DNA of 64,000 nt, from positions 4,760 to 68,759 of the forward strand of contig CAZBTD010000003.1 in NCBI GenBank assembly GCA_964494815.1. Direction: 5' to 3'. A program made the translations under genes and the position numbers. The notes below the pieces were generated by a model. That model was given only the letters and a program-made list of their open reading frames with translations, was not told where the DNA came from and did no database searches. This stretch comes from an uncultured Ferruginibacter sp. Lineage in GTDB: Bacteria; Bacteroidota; Bacteroidia; Chitinophagales; Chitinophagaceae. Positions 18,379-27,639 of this stretch are shown one piece after another; the first letter of the stretch is position 1, and every line of letters starts with the position of its first letter.

Positions 18379-20285
18379 AACGTTTCGTTGTTGTAAACTG
18401 TTTGTTTTACTTTATTAGGAGCATGATTAAATTCGGGCAGCATTTTATTTATAATATCCAGTATGCTTTCGTTATTATGAATTTTTGCCACTTCGTATAA
18501 TTCGTTCAGCAAATTATAAAACTCATCTGTTTTGGATACATCCCTTTTTGCCCTCAATATTTTAGGGTGATCGGTTGGCGCCAGTTCTTCAGAATCTTTA
18601 AAAAGTTCCTCGTACATTTTTTCGCCAGGACGTAACTGTGTGTATTTTATTGCAATGTCTTTACCGGGCACCAGTCCTGCCAGTTGTATCATACGGGTGG
18701 CAAGGTCAAGCACACGTACCGGCTTACCCATATCAAATACGAGGATATCACCTGTCTTTCCAATTTTACCAGCTTCCAGCACCAGCTTTGCCGCCTCTGG
18801 AATGGTCATAAAATAGCGTGTGATATCGGGGTGTGTTATTGTAACCGGGCCACCTTCGGCAATTTGCTTTTTAAAAGTAGCCACCACCGAACCTGCAGAA
18901 CCAAGCACATTTCCAAAACGGGTAGTGATAAAGTTGGTGTTGGATTCAAACCTGTCGTTGAGTGACTGTATGTATATTTCAGATATACGCTTGGTGGCAC
19001 CCATTACATTAGTTGGGTTTACCGCTTTATCTGTTGACACCAGTACAAACGTTTTTACACTAAACAATACAGAAAGATCGGCCACTACCTTTGTTCCAAA
19101 AATATTGGTGAGCACTGCTTCGCTGGGGAATTCTTCCATCAATGGCACATGCTTGTAAGCCGCCACATGAAACACAATGGTAGGTTTATAAACATTGAAA
19201 ATTTTCTTCATCCTCGGCTGGTCTTTTGCCGAGGCCACTTCTGCATATAGTTCTTTTGTAAAACCTTTTTGCCTTAACTCATACTCAAGGTCAAATAAAC
19301 CCGACTCAGATTGGTCGAGGATGATAAGCTTATTAAGATCATGCTTGATCAGCTGCCTGCAAATTTCACTACCAATGGAACCTGCTGCCCCTGTTACTAA
19401 AATTGTTGCATCCTGGTAATTAGCGCTTGAAGCATTGTGCGGAATGATGATTTCATCCCTTTGCAATAATTCTTCAATATTCATCTCTCTTACCTGGTTC
19501 TTAAGAAACAACCCACCAGACCATTGATTGGCGTGTGGCACTACATTTATTTTTACTTTAAATGGGGCGCACACATCGGCTAATGCAATTTTTCTTTCAA
19601 CAGACAAGCGGTTAATAGCAATATAAATCTGTGTAACGTTTTTTTCCTTTATAAGCTTTGTAAGATGTGGATCAACTGCATTGTAAATAGGTACATCTTC
19701 TATCTTCTTTCCTATTTTGTAATAGCTGTCATCAATAAATCCAACAATACTGTTGTTCATATTAATATCTTGCTCCAATACTTTTTTTGTAATCTGCCCC
19801 ATCATGCCAGCGCCAAAAATTAGTGTACGCTGCTGTTGTGTTGTATTCGCTGATTTATTTTGTGTAGCCCTGAAGTAGATTTCCTTTACCAGCAGCCTGA
19901 AAGACACCAATAAAAAAATCACTACAAATAAATTTATCAGCAGCATAGGAACTGTTAGGCTACTGGTAATAAAACTATGTGGGCTGATTAAGAAAACTGC
20001 CGACCACATACCAAACTGCAAAAAAGCAAATTTGATAATCCTTATTACATCACCCAATTCGGAATAGCGGATAATGCCCTTATAAATTGAAAGCCCGGTG
20101 ATGCAAATAGTGCCAAAAACAATATTAAGTGCCAATGCAGGCAAGAAACCAATTACATAACCGGAGGTTACAGAAAGGCGATTTACAAGTAGAAATGAAA
20201 ATGCAAATGAGCCGCTTATAAGCGCTATATCACAACAGAAGATTATCCATCTGGGTGCAAAATTCTTAAAATATCTTGTTGGCAT
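18375..20285 (-). CDS. Membrane-bound UDP-GlcNAc 4,6-dehydratase (PglF/CapD/WbpM family)
   Basis: 4 TM N-terminus, IFGAG, TGAAGSIG, AAYKHVP, STDKAVNPTNVMGATKR, RFGNVLGS, LRPGEK. Confidence 0.95.
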   Translation of the reverse strand: MPTRYFKNFAPRWIIFCCDIALISGSFAFSFLLVNRLSVTSGYVIGFLPALALNIVFGTICITGLSIYKGIIRYSELGDVIRIIKFAFLQFGMWSAVFLISPHSFITSSLTVPMLLINLFVVIFLLVSFRLLVKEIYFRATQNKSANTTQQQRTLIFGAGMMGQITKKVLEQDINMNNSIVGFIDDSYYKIGKKIEDVPIYNAVDPHLTKLIKEKNVTQIYIAINRLSVERKIALADVCAPFKVKINVVPHANQWSGGLFLKNQVREMNIEELLQRDEIIIPHNASSANYQDATILVTGAAGSIGSEICRQLIKHDLNKLIILDQSESGLFDLEYELRQKGFTKELYAEVASAKDQPRMKKIFNVYKPTIVFHVAAYKHVPLMEEFPSEAVLTNIFGTKVVADLSVLFSVKTFVLVSTDKAVNPTNVMGATKRISEIYIQSLNDRFESNTNFITTRFGNVLGSAGSVVATFKKQIAEGGPVTITHPDITRYFMTIPEAAKLVLEAGKIGKTGDILVFDMGKPVRVLDLATRMIQLAGLVPGKDIAIKYTQLRPGEKMYEELFKDSEELAPTDHPKILRAKRDVSKTDEFYNLLNELYEVAKIHNNESILDIINKMLPEFNHAPNKVKQTVYNNETF

Positions 20286-20507
20286 AGTATTTCTTCTTTG
20301 TCATCCGTACCAGTATTGAAGGCAATAATATTATTACCTGTATTTTAATTTCCTGGAGGAACAAAACCAGATATTGGTTTTAAAAGAGTTGCAAAACGGC
20401 TTTTAATTTGTTAATAACCGTTAACGAAAATATAATTTTTTTTAGTTACGGGGTGTTTTTTTTCATTTTATAAAGATAAACATTCAATAACATGAGATTG
20501 ATTAAAC

Positions 20508-20539
20508 AAAAAACCCGTTTTCGAAGTGGAAAACGGGTT
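20508..20539 (-). terminator. Rho-independent terminator ending the main polysaccharide operon
   Basis: AACCCGTTTTC-GAAGTG-GAAAACGGGTT, U-tract on minus strand. Confidence 0.85.
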
Positions 20540-20587
20540 GATTTCAAATTGCTTATAAAAATAAACGCCTTAGGAACCGATTCTCAT

Positions 20588-21721
20588 TTACTTTTTTAAT
20601 AATGATTTAATAATAACAGACACCCTGTTTAAATCATCGATTATAAGATTACTTCCCGATGGCAGGCAAAGCCCTTGTTCAAATAATTTTTCCGAAGTGC
20701 CGTCACCATAAAAAGGGGATTGGTTGAATACGGGTTGCATGTGCATTGGCTTCCACAAAGGTCGGCTTTCAATATTATCTTTTTCCAGTGCCAGGCGAAT
20801 GTGCTCTCTTGTTACACCCCCAGTTTCATCCGGGTTTACAATAATGGTGGTAAGCCAGCGATTGCTAAAACTGCCTTTGGGTTCTGATAAGAAATGAATG
20901 CCCCCAAGATTTGCAAACTCTTTAATGTAAAACGAATAATTATTTCTTCTTTGCTCCACTCTTGTCGGCAGCACTTCCATTTGCCCCCGGCCAATGGCGG
21001 CACATACGTTACTCATACGATAATTGTAACCAATAGAGGAATGTTGGTAATGTGGTGCCGCATCTCTTGCCTGTGTGGCTAAAAACCTTGCCCTGGTTAT
21101 GTATTGCTCATTATCAGAAATTAAAGCCCCACCACCAGAAGTAGTAATGATTTTATTACCATTAAATGAAAGAATACCCATATCTCCAAAACTGCCGCAG
21201 GCTTTTCCATCAATTGCCGATCCCAAGGCTTCTGCAGCATCTTCTATCACCGCTATATCATATTCTTTTGCAATTGCCATTATCTCATTCATTTTTGATG
21301 GCATACCATACAAATGCACCGGGATAACAGCTTTTGGCTTTTTACCTTTTTTAATTCTATCTTCTATAGCCTTTCGTAAATGTTCAGGGCTCATATTCCA
21401 GGTGTCTTTTTCTGAATCAACAAAAACAGGTACAGCACCCTGGTACACTATCGGGTTTGCCGATGCTGAGAAAGTAAAACTCTGGCAAATCACTTCGTCA
21501 CCGCTTTGCACACCCAGCATTATCAGTGCAAGATGAATAGCAGAAGTACCGCTGCTTAATGCTGCTGCATTTTTTACACCGGTAAAAGTTGTCAAATCTT
21601 TTTCAAAACCATCCACATGTGGGCCTAATGGCGCAATCCAGTTGGTATCAAATGCCTGCTGCACATATACCTGTTCATTACCACCCATGTGCGGAGAAGA
21701 GAGCCATATCTTTTCATTCAT
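20588..21721 (-). CDS. UDP-4-keto-6-deoxy-GlcNAc 4-aminotransferase (PglE/EpsN-like, DegT family)
   Basis: IWLSSPHMGG, NWIAPLGP, EDAAEALG, SFNGNKIITTSGGG, GYNYRMSN, ESRPLWKPMH. Confidence 0.9.
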   Translation of the reverse strand: MNEKIWLSSPHMGGNEQVYVQQAFDTNWIAPLGPHVDGFEKDLTTFTGVKNAAALSSGTSAIHLALIMLGVQSGDEVICQSFTFSASANPIVYQGAVPVFVDSEKDTWNMSPEHLRKAIEDRIKKGKKPKAVIPVHLYGMPSKMNEIMAIAKEYDIAVIEDAAEALGSAIDGKACGSFGDMGILSFNGNKIITTSGGGALISDNEQYITRARFLATQARDAAPHYQHSSIGYNYRMSNVCAAIGRGQMEVLPTRVEQRRNNYSFYIKEFANLGGIHFLSEPKGSFSNRWLTTIIVNPDETGGVTREHIRLALEKDNIESRPLWKPMHMQPVFNQSPFYGDGTSEKLFEQGLCLPSGSNLIIDDLNRVSVIIKSLLKK

Positions 21722-21814
21722 ACTTTATCAATACCTTTTTTGTGAGGCAAATGTAAACGCTTCTTCAAAAGAGAAATAAATTTTTATCAAGGAGAAAAAA
21801 GTTGAAGGTGGATT

Positions 21815-22579
21815 TTATAATGCTGCCTTTATGCTGCCGAGATATTCATGCAGCAGCAAATCGGTAAGAGTAATGTTTTTTAAAGCAGGCCACCAGGCAA
21901 ATGCGCCATCGAAATTAAGATCGGGGACTTTATAATTGGTAGGTGCAGCAATAGGAGAAAGACCTGCTGCTTTAAACATCTTTATAGCTCTCGGCATATG
22001 CATAGCATCTGTTACTACAATCACAGAAGCACCACGTCCAAACTTATCGACAAATGCCTGTGCCTCTTCTTTTGTAGTAGAGGGTGTATCAAGCGTTTCA
22101 ATTTTGTAAGCAGGAACACCAAGAACGATAGCAGCATTTTTTGTAACCTGTGCTTGTGTTGCTTCATTTATTGCATGCATTGCATTACCCGATGTAACAA
22201 GTACCGCACTGTCAAACATTTTAAATACTCTTATGCCTTCAATTACCCTCCCTGTTGCTGCTGGCCCTATTTGTGAAGTAGCTGGAACAGACTTGTCATT
22301 TGAATACCCACTACCTAAAACATGTACATAAACTTTGCCCTTAATGTTGACTGCTGCTGCTGAATTAAGAGCAGGATATTGTCGTTCTAATTTTCTTGTC
22401 AGGTGATCGGGCAGGTATGCAGTAGAACTCAGCAGGAATATTATTACGGTAATTGCAGCCAGCACATTTGCCGTTTTGTTTTTTTTATACCGCCGGAAAA
22501 TTAATACCAGGATGATTAAAAAAAACAAACCGTTTAAAATGGTGGCCTGTCCTTTTAAATGAAATAGTAACCCAGACAA
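21815..22579 (-). CDS. YdcF/ElyC/SanA (DUF218) family protein
   Basis: LERQYP, VLGSG, STTKEEA, VTDAMHMPRA, HEYLG; TTG start. Confidence 0.85.
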   Translation of the reverse strand: MSGLLFHLKGQATILNGLFFLIILVLIFRRYKKNKTANVLAAITVIIFLLSSTAYLPDHLTRKLERQYPALNSAAAVNIKGKVYVHVLGSGYSNDKSVPATSQIGPAATGRVIEGIRVFKMFDSAVLVTSGNAMHAINEATQAQVTKNAAIVLGVPAYKIETLDTPSTTKEEAQAFVDKFGRGASVIVVTDAMHMPRAIKMFKAAGLSPIAAPTNYKVPDLNFDGAFAWWPALKNITLTDLLLHEYLGSIKAAL

Positions 22580-22582
22580 TGA

Positions 22583-23644
22583 TTATGCTTTAAGCAGTTC
22601 TGTTTCTTTCATTAGTATTGGCAGCGAATCAACATCACGAAGAAAAATTAAATCCTTTTCAAACTCATACATCTTATATTGTTTATCAAAGCTGCTGTCG
22701 TTATCAATAAGCCTGATAGTGTCCTCTGCAAAGTTGGCGCCGCCTGCAGCAAAACATTGCGTAAAGGCAACATGCCGCACATTCACTTCAGTAATAAATG
22801 GAATGCCATTTTCATCTTCCTTAAAATCCACTGTAAAAAACCCATGCTTTGCTGCCCCGGTGTGTGCAAACAAATGGTCCATTGCTTTTATTGCTGTATC
22901 AACCAGCTTTGGTTCATTAAGCAGGCGTCCAAAAGAAGTGTTGCCGGTAATGCCTGATGGCGCTACTTTAGCCATAATATAATTCACCCTTTCGCCACAA
23001 GCAGTACGAAGTAATTTTCCTTCATGATACAACATCTTGCAGGCAAGGTTTCGGCCGGGCAAAAATTTACTGGCTAAAAATTGTTTTACACCAGGATTAA
23101 TGGTTATCCAGTTTTTTAATCCGTCTTCATCCTCTACCTTTAAAGAACCAAGTCCGCTGGTGCCACTGGTGCTTCTCACCCAAAAAGGAAAACCGAGTTT
23201 ATCAAATACTTTAGATAAATCTTTTTCATCCCTGTTGAACTCAACAGATGGTGGCACCACTCCTAATGAATCCAATAACTCAGTCATTTTTGCCTTATCA
23301 ACCAGCAATGCGGCAATAGATGATGCAGGCAAAAAAGCTTTGCAGGGCAATTTACCGGCTTCCTTTCTTTTGCTCCATTCCATCACTTCCAGTTCGGGCA
23401 AAATAACCGCCACATCAATTTTATTTTCTAAAACAATTTTTTCAATTGCCGGCCAGTAAGCTGCATCTGTAGCCCTTGGCACTATATAAGACTTATCAAA
23501 AAGATCCTTTTGATACAAGCCAATTGATAATGGGTTAATATCGGTTGCAATTATTTCATAGTTCGTGTATTTGCTATATTTTTTCAACCCAATCGCAAAA
23601 CTTCGTGGTGTAGGTCCACCAACACCGGTCATTAAAATTTTCAT
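22583..23644 (-). CDS. ATP-grasp protein (CPS-like)
   Basis: MTGVGGP, LPELEV, DKAKM, FLPGRN, VDFKED...ITEVNVRH. Confidence 0.75.
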   Translation of the reverse strand: MKILMTGVGGPTPRSFAIGLKKYSKYTNYEIIATDINPLSIGLYQKDLFDKSYIVPRATDAAYWPAIEKIVLENKIDVAVILPELEVMEWSKRKEAGKLPCKAFLPASSIAALLVDKAKMTELLDSLGVVPPSVEFNRDEKDLSKVFDKLGFPFWVRSTSGTSGLGSLKVEDEDGLKNWITINPGVKQFLASKFLPGRNLACKMLYHEGKLLRTACGERVNYIMAKVAPSGITGNTSFGRLLNEPKLVDTAIKAMDHLFAHTGAAKHGFFTVDFKEDENGIPFITEVNVRHVAFTQCFAAGGANFAEDTIRLIDNDSSFDKQYKMYEFEKDLIFLRDVDSLPILMKETELLKA

Positions 23645-23645
23645 T

Positions 23646-24659
23646 CTATAATTCCTTGTTTAAATATTTTTCAAGTAATGGCTTCAACCCTTTTTTTACA
23701 GGAAGCTGCCAAAGCAGTTTACACCAGTCGTGATTGCCTTCAATGAGTTCAGGGCCATTTTGTGTTATCGCCACATCCCAGCCAATGGAGCGGTTGCCTT
23801 TGTTTGCAAGCGCCGCTTTTTTTACCATTGTCACTGCTTCATTCCAGTATGGCACCTGGAAACCCGGAATATCTGTACCTGTTACGGGATGTTTGTATTC
23901 ATCCTGTTTTGTAATATCACTATACACACCGGGGCCTGTTACTTTTCCTGTTGCCTCATCAATGGGTGCTGCAATATTTCCTGCTGCCAAATTATCTACA
24001 GAAGAATTAATGGTGATACGCAACCTGCAGCCAAGCAAGTCCACTTCGTCTCTTTTATTTAGCTGTGTAATAATTCTTACCGTATTTAAGCCGGATGGCG
24101 ACATACGCATCAGTTCGCTGTGTTGTGTTACAAATTCTTCAGCATAATCATTGTTAGATTCTGTGAGTGCTGTTTTTAAAGCAGCGGCATTCAAACCGTT
24201 TGTGGATATCACTTTCACACCATTGCCACATTGCCCTTTGGAATCTTTTAAAACCAATTTGCCTGATACATTATTCAACACAGCAGAAACACTGTTGCTG
24301 TCTGTATCAATATTATTGATTGAAACAAATGCATGTTTTACAAATGGCGCATACTCTTTTAAAAACACCACTTTATCTTCCAGCACAAAGCGCTTGTCTT
24401 TTGGGTTCATGTACAATTGATATTCGTACATATAGCCAGTGCCGGCGAATGTATTTTTTTCTGCTTCGGTTATTTTATAAAAATGAAAGTTGAAATATTC
24501 AAGGATAGAGATATTGTATTTCAAACTTGAGGTGATGATATCTTTCCAGATACTAAGTTTTGATTTTCCTGTGGAAGCGGCTACAAAGCTGATGAATTTT
24601 TTCAGCTTTACTTTATCAAGTTCTTTCAGGTAATAAAAAAAGTAGGCTATTCTTTTCAT
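23646..24659 (-). CDS. Sugar-transfer-associated ATP-grasp protein
   Basis: GQCGNG, EEFVTQH, LNTVRIIT, VDNLAAG, HPVTG, IGWDVAI, LIEGN. Confidence 0.85.
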   Translation of the reverse strand: MKRIAYFFYYLKELDKVKLKKFISFVAASTGKSKLSIWKDIITSSLKYNISILEYFNFHFYKITEAEKNTFAGTGYMYEYQLYMNPKDKRFVLEDKVVFLKEYAPFVKHAFVSINNIDTDSNSVSAVLNNVSGKLVLKDSKGQCGNGVKVISTNGLNAAALKTALTESNNDYAEEFVTQHSELMRMSPSGLNTVRIITQLNKRDEVDLLGCRLRITINSSVDNLAAGNIAAPIDEATGKVTGPGVYSDITKQDEYKHPVTGTDIPGFQVPYWNEAVTMVKKAALANKGNRSIGWDVAITQNGPELIEGNHDWCKLLWQLPVKKGLKPLLEKYLNKEL

Positions 24660-24662
24660 TAA

Positions 24663-25268
24663 TTAGTTGGTTCCGTTAAATGGCTGCATAGGCCGTTCAT
24701 TACTTTGGTTCACCCCTTCTCTTATAATCACTTTTAAAAAAGTCATCCACAAAATTTTTATATCCAGCAAAAAGGAAACATGGTCAACATAATACACATC
24801 CAGTTTAAATTTTTCATTCCAACTTATGCTGTTCCGTCCATTTACCTGCGCCCAGCCTGTAATGCCCGGCCTTGCATTATGCCTGCGCTTTTGTTCTTCA
24901 TTATACAAAGGAATGTATTTAAACAATAATGGCCTTGGGCCCACCAGGCTCATATCACCTGTAAGCACATTTATCAATTGCGGCAATTCATCGATTGATG
25001 CTTTTCTGATGAAAGAACCAAATGCTGTAATGCGTTCCTTATCGGGCAGCAGTTTTCCATCAGCATCTTTATTATTATTCATCGATTTGAACTTAATGAT
25101 CTTTATTTTCTTCTCATTCATGCCGGGCCGCTCCTGGAAGAAAAATGGATTTCCTTTTAACTGGAAATAATTGATAATGGCAACTATTATTATCAATGGT
25201 AATAATACAATCAGTACAATCAACGAAACCAATATGTCAAGCAGCCTTTTAAAAAAAAATTTGTACAT
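24663..25268 (-). CDS. Initiating undecaprenyl-phosphate sugar phosphotransferase (PglC/EpsL/WeeH-like)
   Basis: KRLLDI, FFFQERPG, KFKSM, SIDELPQL, SLVGPRP, PGITGWAQVNGRN. Confidence 0.93.
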   Translation of the reverse strand: MYKFFFKRLLDILVSLIVLIVLLPLIIIVAIINYFQLKGNPFFFQERPGMNEKKIKIIKFKSMNNNKDADGKLLPDKERITAFGSFIRKASIDELPQLINVLTGDMSLVGPRPLLFKYIPLYNEEQKRRHNARPGITGWAQVNGRNSISWNEKFKLDVYYVDHVSFLLDIKILWMTFLKVIIREGVNQSNERPMQPFNGTN

Positions 25269-25269
25269 C

Positions 25270-26388
25270 TTAATTATCTCCTGCTATTAAATCTCCCAAT
25301 GCGTTGGCCGACATAAACTCCACATCAGGCCAGCGCTGTGTAATTTTTTTCAGCAGCAATGTTAAGCCTTCAATACCTTTCTTCCTGTTAGCTTCATCAA
25401 TGTGGCCGCAAAAATTTACCCTATGACTGCTGATGATGGCCGGCCTGTTCCAGCAAAATGCTGCCTCTATTTGTGCTATGGTATAGTCCACCCAATCATT
25501 TCTTTCTTTGTCTGTTGGTTCAAACACTACATTGCGTACTTCATAAATTTGTCCTTCCGCATTTTTTTTTCCGGTATAATTAAACACTGTTTTCATTTTT
25601 CCAAAACCCTCATGTTCTTTTTTCAACAGGCCTGTGTCAATGTACTTGATACCGCCTTCTTTCAGGTAACTATGAATCACTGGATGTTCTTTTCCTCCGG
25701 GTGCATTAAAATGTACAGAGCGATAGCCAAATACTTTTTCAAAAGCATTCAATCCATCTAAAATTATCTCCTTAAATTTTTCATTCTCTTTAAAATCCCA
25801 AAACTCAAATGCGGCCGTAACAGAAATGGTTGAATAGCCGGAACTGCTGATGCTTGTATAACTCCTGTTTTGCAATGATGTTAAAAGCTCTTCATCTTTC
25901 TTTGCCAGCTTCTCTTCAAATATTTTCAGGTTCAAATGCTCCCTTCCATGAAACTGCGGCACCATCAATCTCTTTTCTATTCCTTCTTTCCAAAGTTGCC
26001 ATGCACCTTCATAGCCATTTAATTTACTGTATGTTTCAGGCAGTAATTCATAATAATATTTTTGCCAGCCTGTTTCCGCCATCTTTTCAAAATTGATATT
26101 GCAAGGCAAAGCAAATGGAGTGAACACAGCATAGTTGCCGTTTTTATCTTTTACAGAAGACAATGCTTCGTACAATGCTTCTAAATCTTCTTTTGTTTCC
26201 AATGTATCATATGCATCAAACGCTGTATGCACTTTTAATCCTGCCTTATCTAAATTTTTTCTTGCTTCTTTTGAATGCAGGCGCACATTGCCATAATCAT
26301 CCACAGAAAAAACAACTATCTTTTTTTTTGTTTTCCACCCAACAACATTTTTTGCGTTGAGTAAAATTTTTTCTTTTATGCCTGCCAC
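25270..26388 (-). CDS. Polysaccharide deacetylase-like protein (NodB/CE4-like fold), paralog 1
   Basis: SVDDYG, QFHGREH, FNAPG, SSHRVNF; GTG start. Confidence 0.65.
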   Translation of the reverse strand: MAGIKEKILLNAKNVVGWKTKKKIVVFSVDDYGNVRLHSKEARKNLDKAGLKVHTAFDAYDTLETKEDLEALYEALSSVKDKNGNYAVFTPFALPCNINFEKMAETGWQKYYYELLPETYSKLNGYEGAWQLWKEGIEKRLMVPQFHGREHLNLKIFEEKLAKKDEELLTSLQNRSYTSISSSGYSTISVTAAFEFWDFKENEKFKEIILDGLNAFEKVFGYRSVHFNAPGGKEHPVIHSYLKEGGIKYIDTGLLKKEHEGFGKMKTVFNYTGKKNAEGQIYEVRNVVFEPTDKERNDWVDYTIAQIEAAFCWNRPAIISSHRVNFCGHIDEANRKKGIEGLTLLLKKITQRWPDVEFMSANALGDLIAGDN

Positions 26389-27639
26389 TTATCTTTTTCC
26401 TTTTGTATAGTCTTCTAAAGTTTTTTCCAACGCTGCCGATAATTCGTTTGCTAGTTTTTCCCTGTCAAAATTCTTCTCTGCAAAAGCCCTTCCGTTTTTT
26501 CCCATCTGCTCCACCCGTTGCGGATTATTGCTCATTTCAATCAATGCGTTGGCAAATGCTTCCGGGTTATCGGGCGGCACTGCAATACCCAGTTCATTTT
26601 TGTTTATCATCTCCGCCAGCCAGCCGGGGTAGTTGTTGAGAATGGGCATCCCCATTGCGATGTAATCAAAAAATTTATTGGGCGATGTGCCATAATAAAA
26701 CGCCGGTATGTTTGCCAACAACATTAAACCACAGTCGGCTGCTTCTAAATATTTTGCCAACTCCAGTTTAGGAACAGGATTAATGAAAATACAATTGGAC
26801 AATCCTTTTTCGTCTGCTGTCTTTACCAGTTTTTCTTTCTGCACGCCATCACCAATAAAAACAAATTTTATATTTAAATATGCTGTTTTTGTTTGCAGGT
26901 ATCCTGCTGCATTGATGGCTGCATCCAGGCCGTTTGCAAAACCATGTGCCCCGGTAAATACTGCCACAAAATCATTTTCCTTTACTCCGGGAATAATTGT
27001 TTTGGATTGTTTGCCCGGCTTAAAAATCTGCAGATCACAACCATTGGGAACAAGATAAACAGGCTTGTCTTTTTTTAATCTTTTCTTTATGCCTTCGGCA
27101 ATACCGGGAGATAGTGCCACACAAGCGTCTGCTTTATTATAAGAATAATACTCCAGTACACCCAATGCCCACAACACCATTTTATTTTTTATCACACCCA
27201 TTGCTTTTGGAAGCTCTGGCCACAAATCCCTTACTTCAAATACAAATGGTTTTTTCTTTCCAAAAAATTTCATGACAATGCCAGGAATACCTGCTGTGAG
27301 CGGCGTGGTGGTTGCATATACCAAATCGTATTGTTCCGTAAACACAAGCCGGATACTTTTAAAAGAAAACAGTAAAAATATCCACGCCCTTTTTATCAAA
27401 CCAAATTTGTTGCTGTACTGGATATTGAATTCAATCAAATCAATTCCTTCAAACTGCCCACGCCTTACGCCCTTCACATAAGGTACATCAGCCAATGGAG
27501 ATTTTAACCGTGGTGATTCTGCAAACACCATTGTAACATTGTGCCCGTTTGCCAGTAGTTGCTTTGCCATTCCATAACTCCTGATGCCGGAATTGCCGGC
27601 AGGTGTGCAAAAGTACTGGTGAAAATATAATACCCTCAT
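26389..27639 (-). CDS. GT4 glycosyltransferase (WbuB/WeeG-like)
   Basis: YFHQYFCTP, FEVRDLWPE, TGAHG..NGL, GTSPNKFFDY. Confidence 0.92.
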   Translation of the reverse strand: MRVLYFHQYFCTPAGNSGIRSYGMAKQLLANGHNVTMVFAESPRLKSPLADVPYVKGVRRGQFEGIDLIEFNIQYSNKFGLIKRAWIFLLFSFKSIRLVFTEQYDLVYATTTPLTAGIPGIVMKFFGKKKPFVFEVRDLWPELPKAMGVIKNKMVLWALGVLEYYSYNKADACVALSPGIAEGIKKRLKKDKPVYLVPNGCDLQIFKPGKQSKTIIPGVKENDFVAVFTGAHGFANGLDAAINAAGYLQTKTAYLNIKFVFIGDGVQKEKLVKTADEKGLSNCIFINPVPKLELAKYLEAADCGLMLLANIPAFYYGTSPNKFFDYIAMGMPILNNYPGWLAEMINKNELGIAVPPDNPEAFANALIEMSNNPQRVEQMGKNGRAFAEKNFDREKLANELSAALEKTLEDYTKGKR

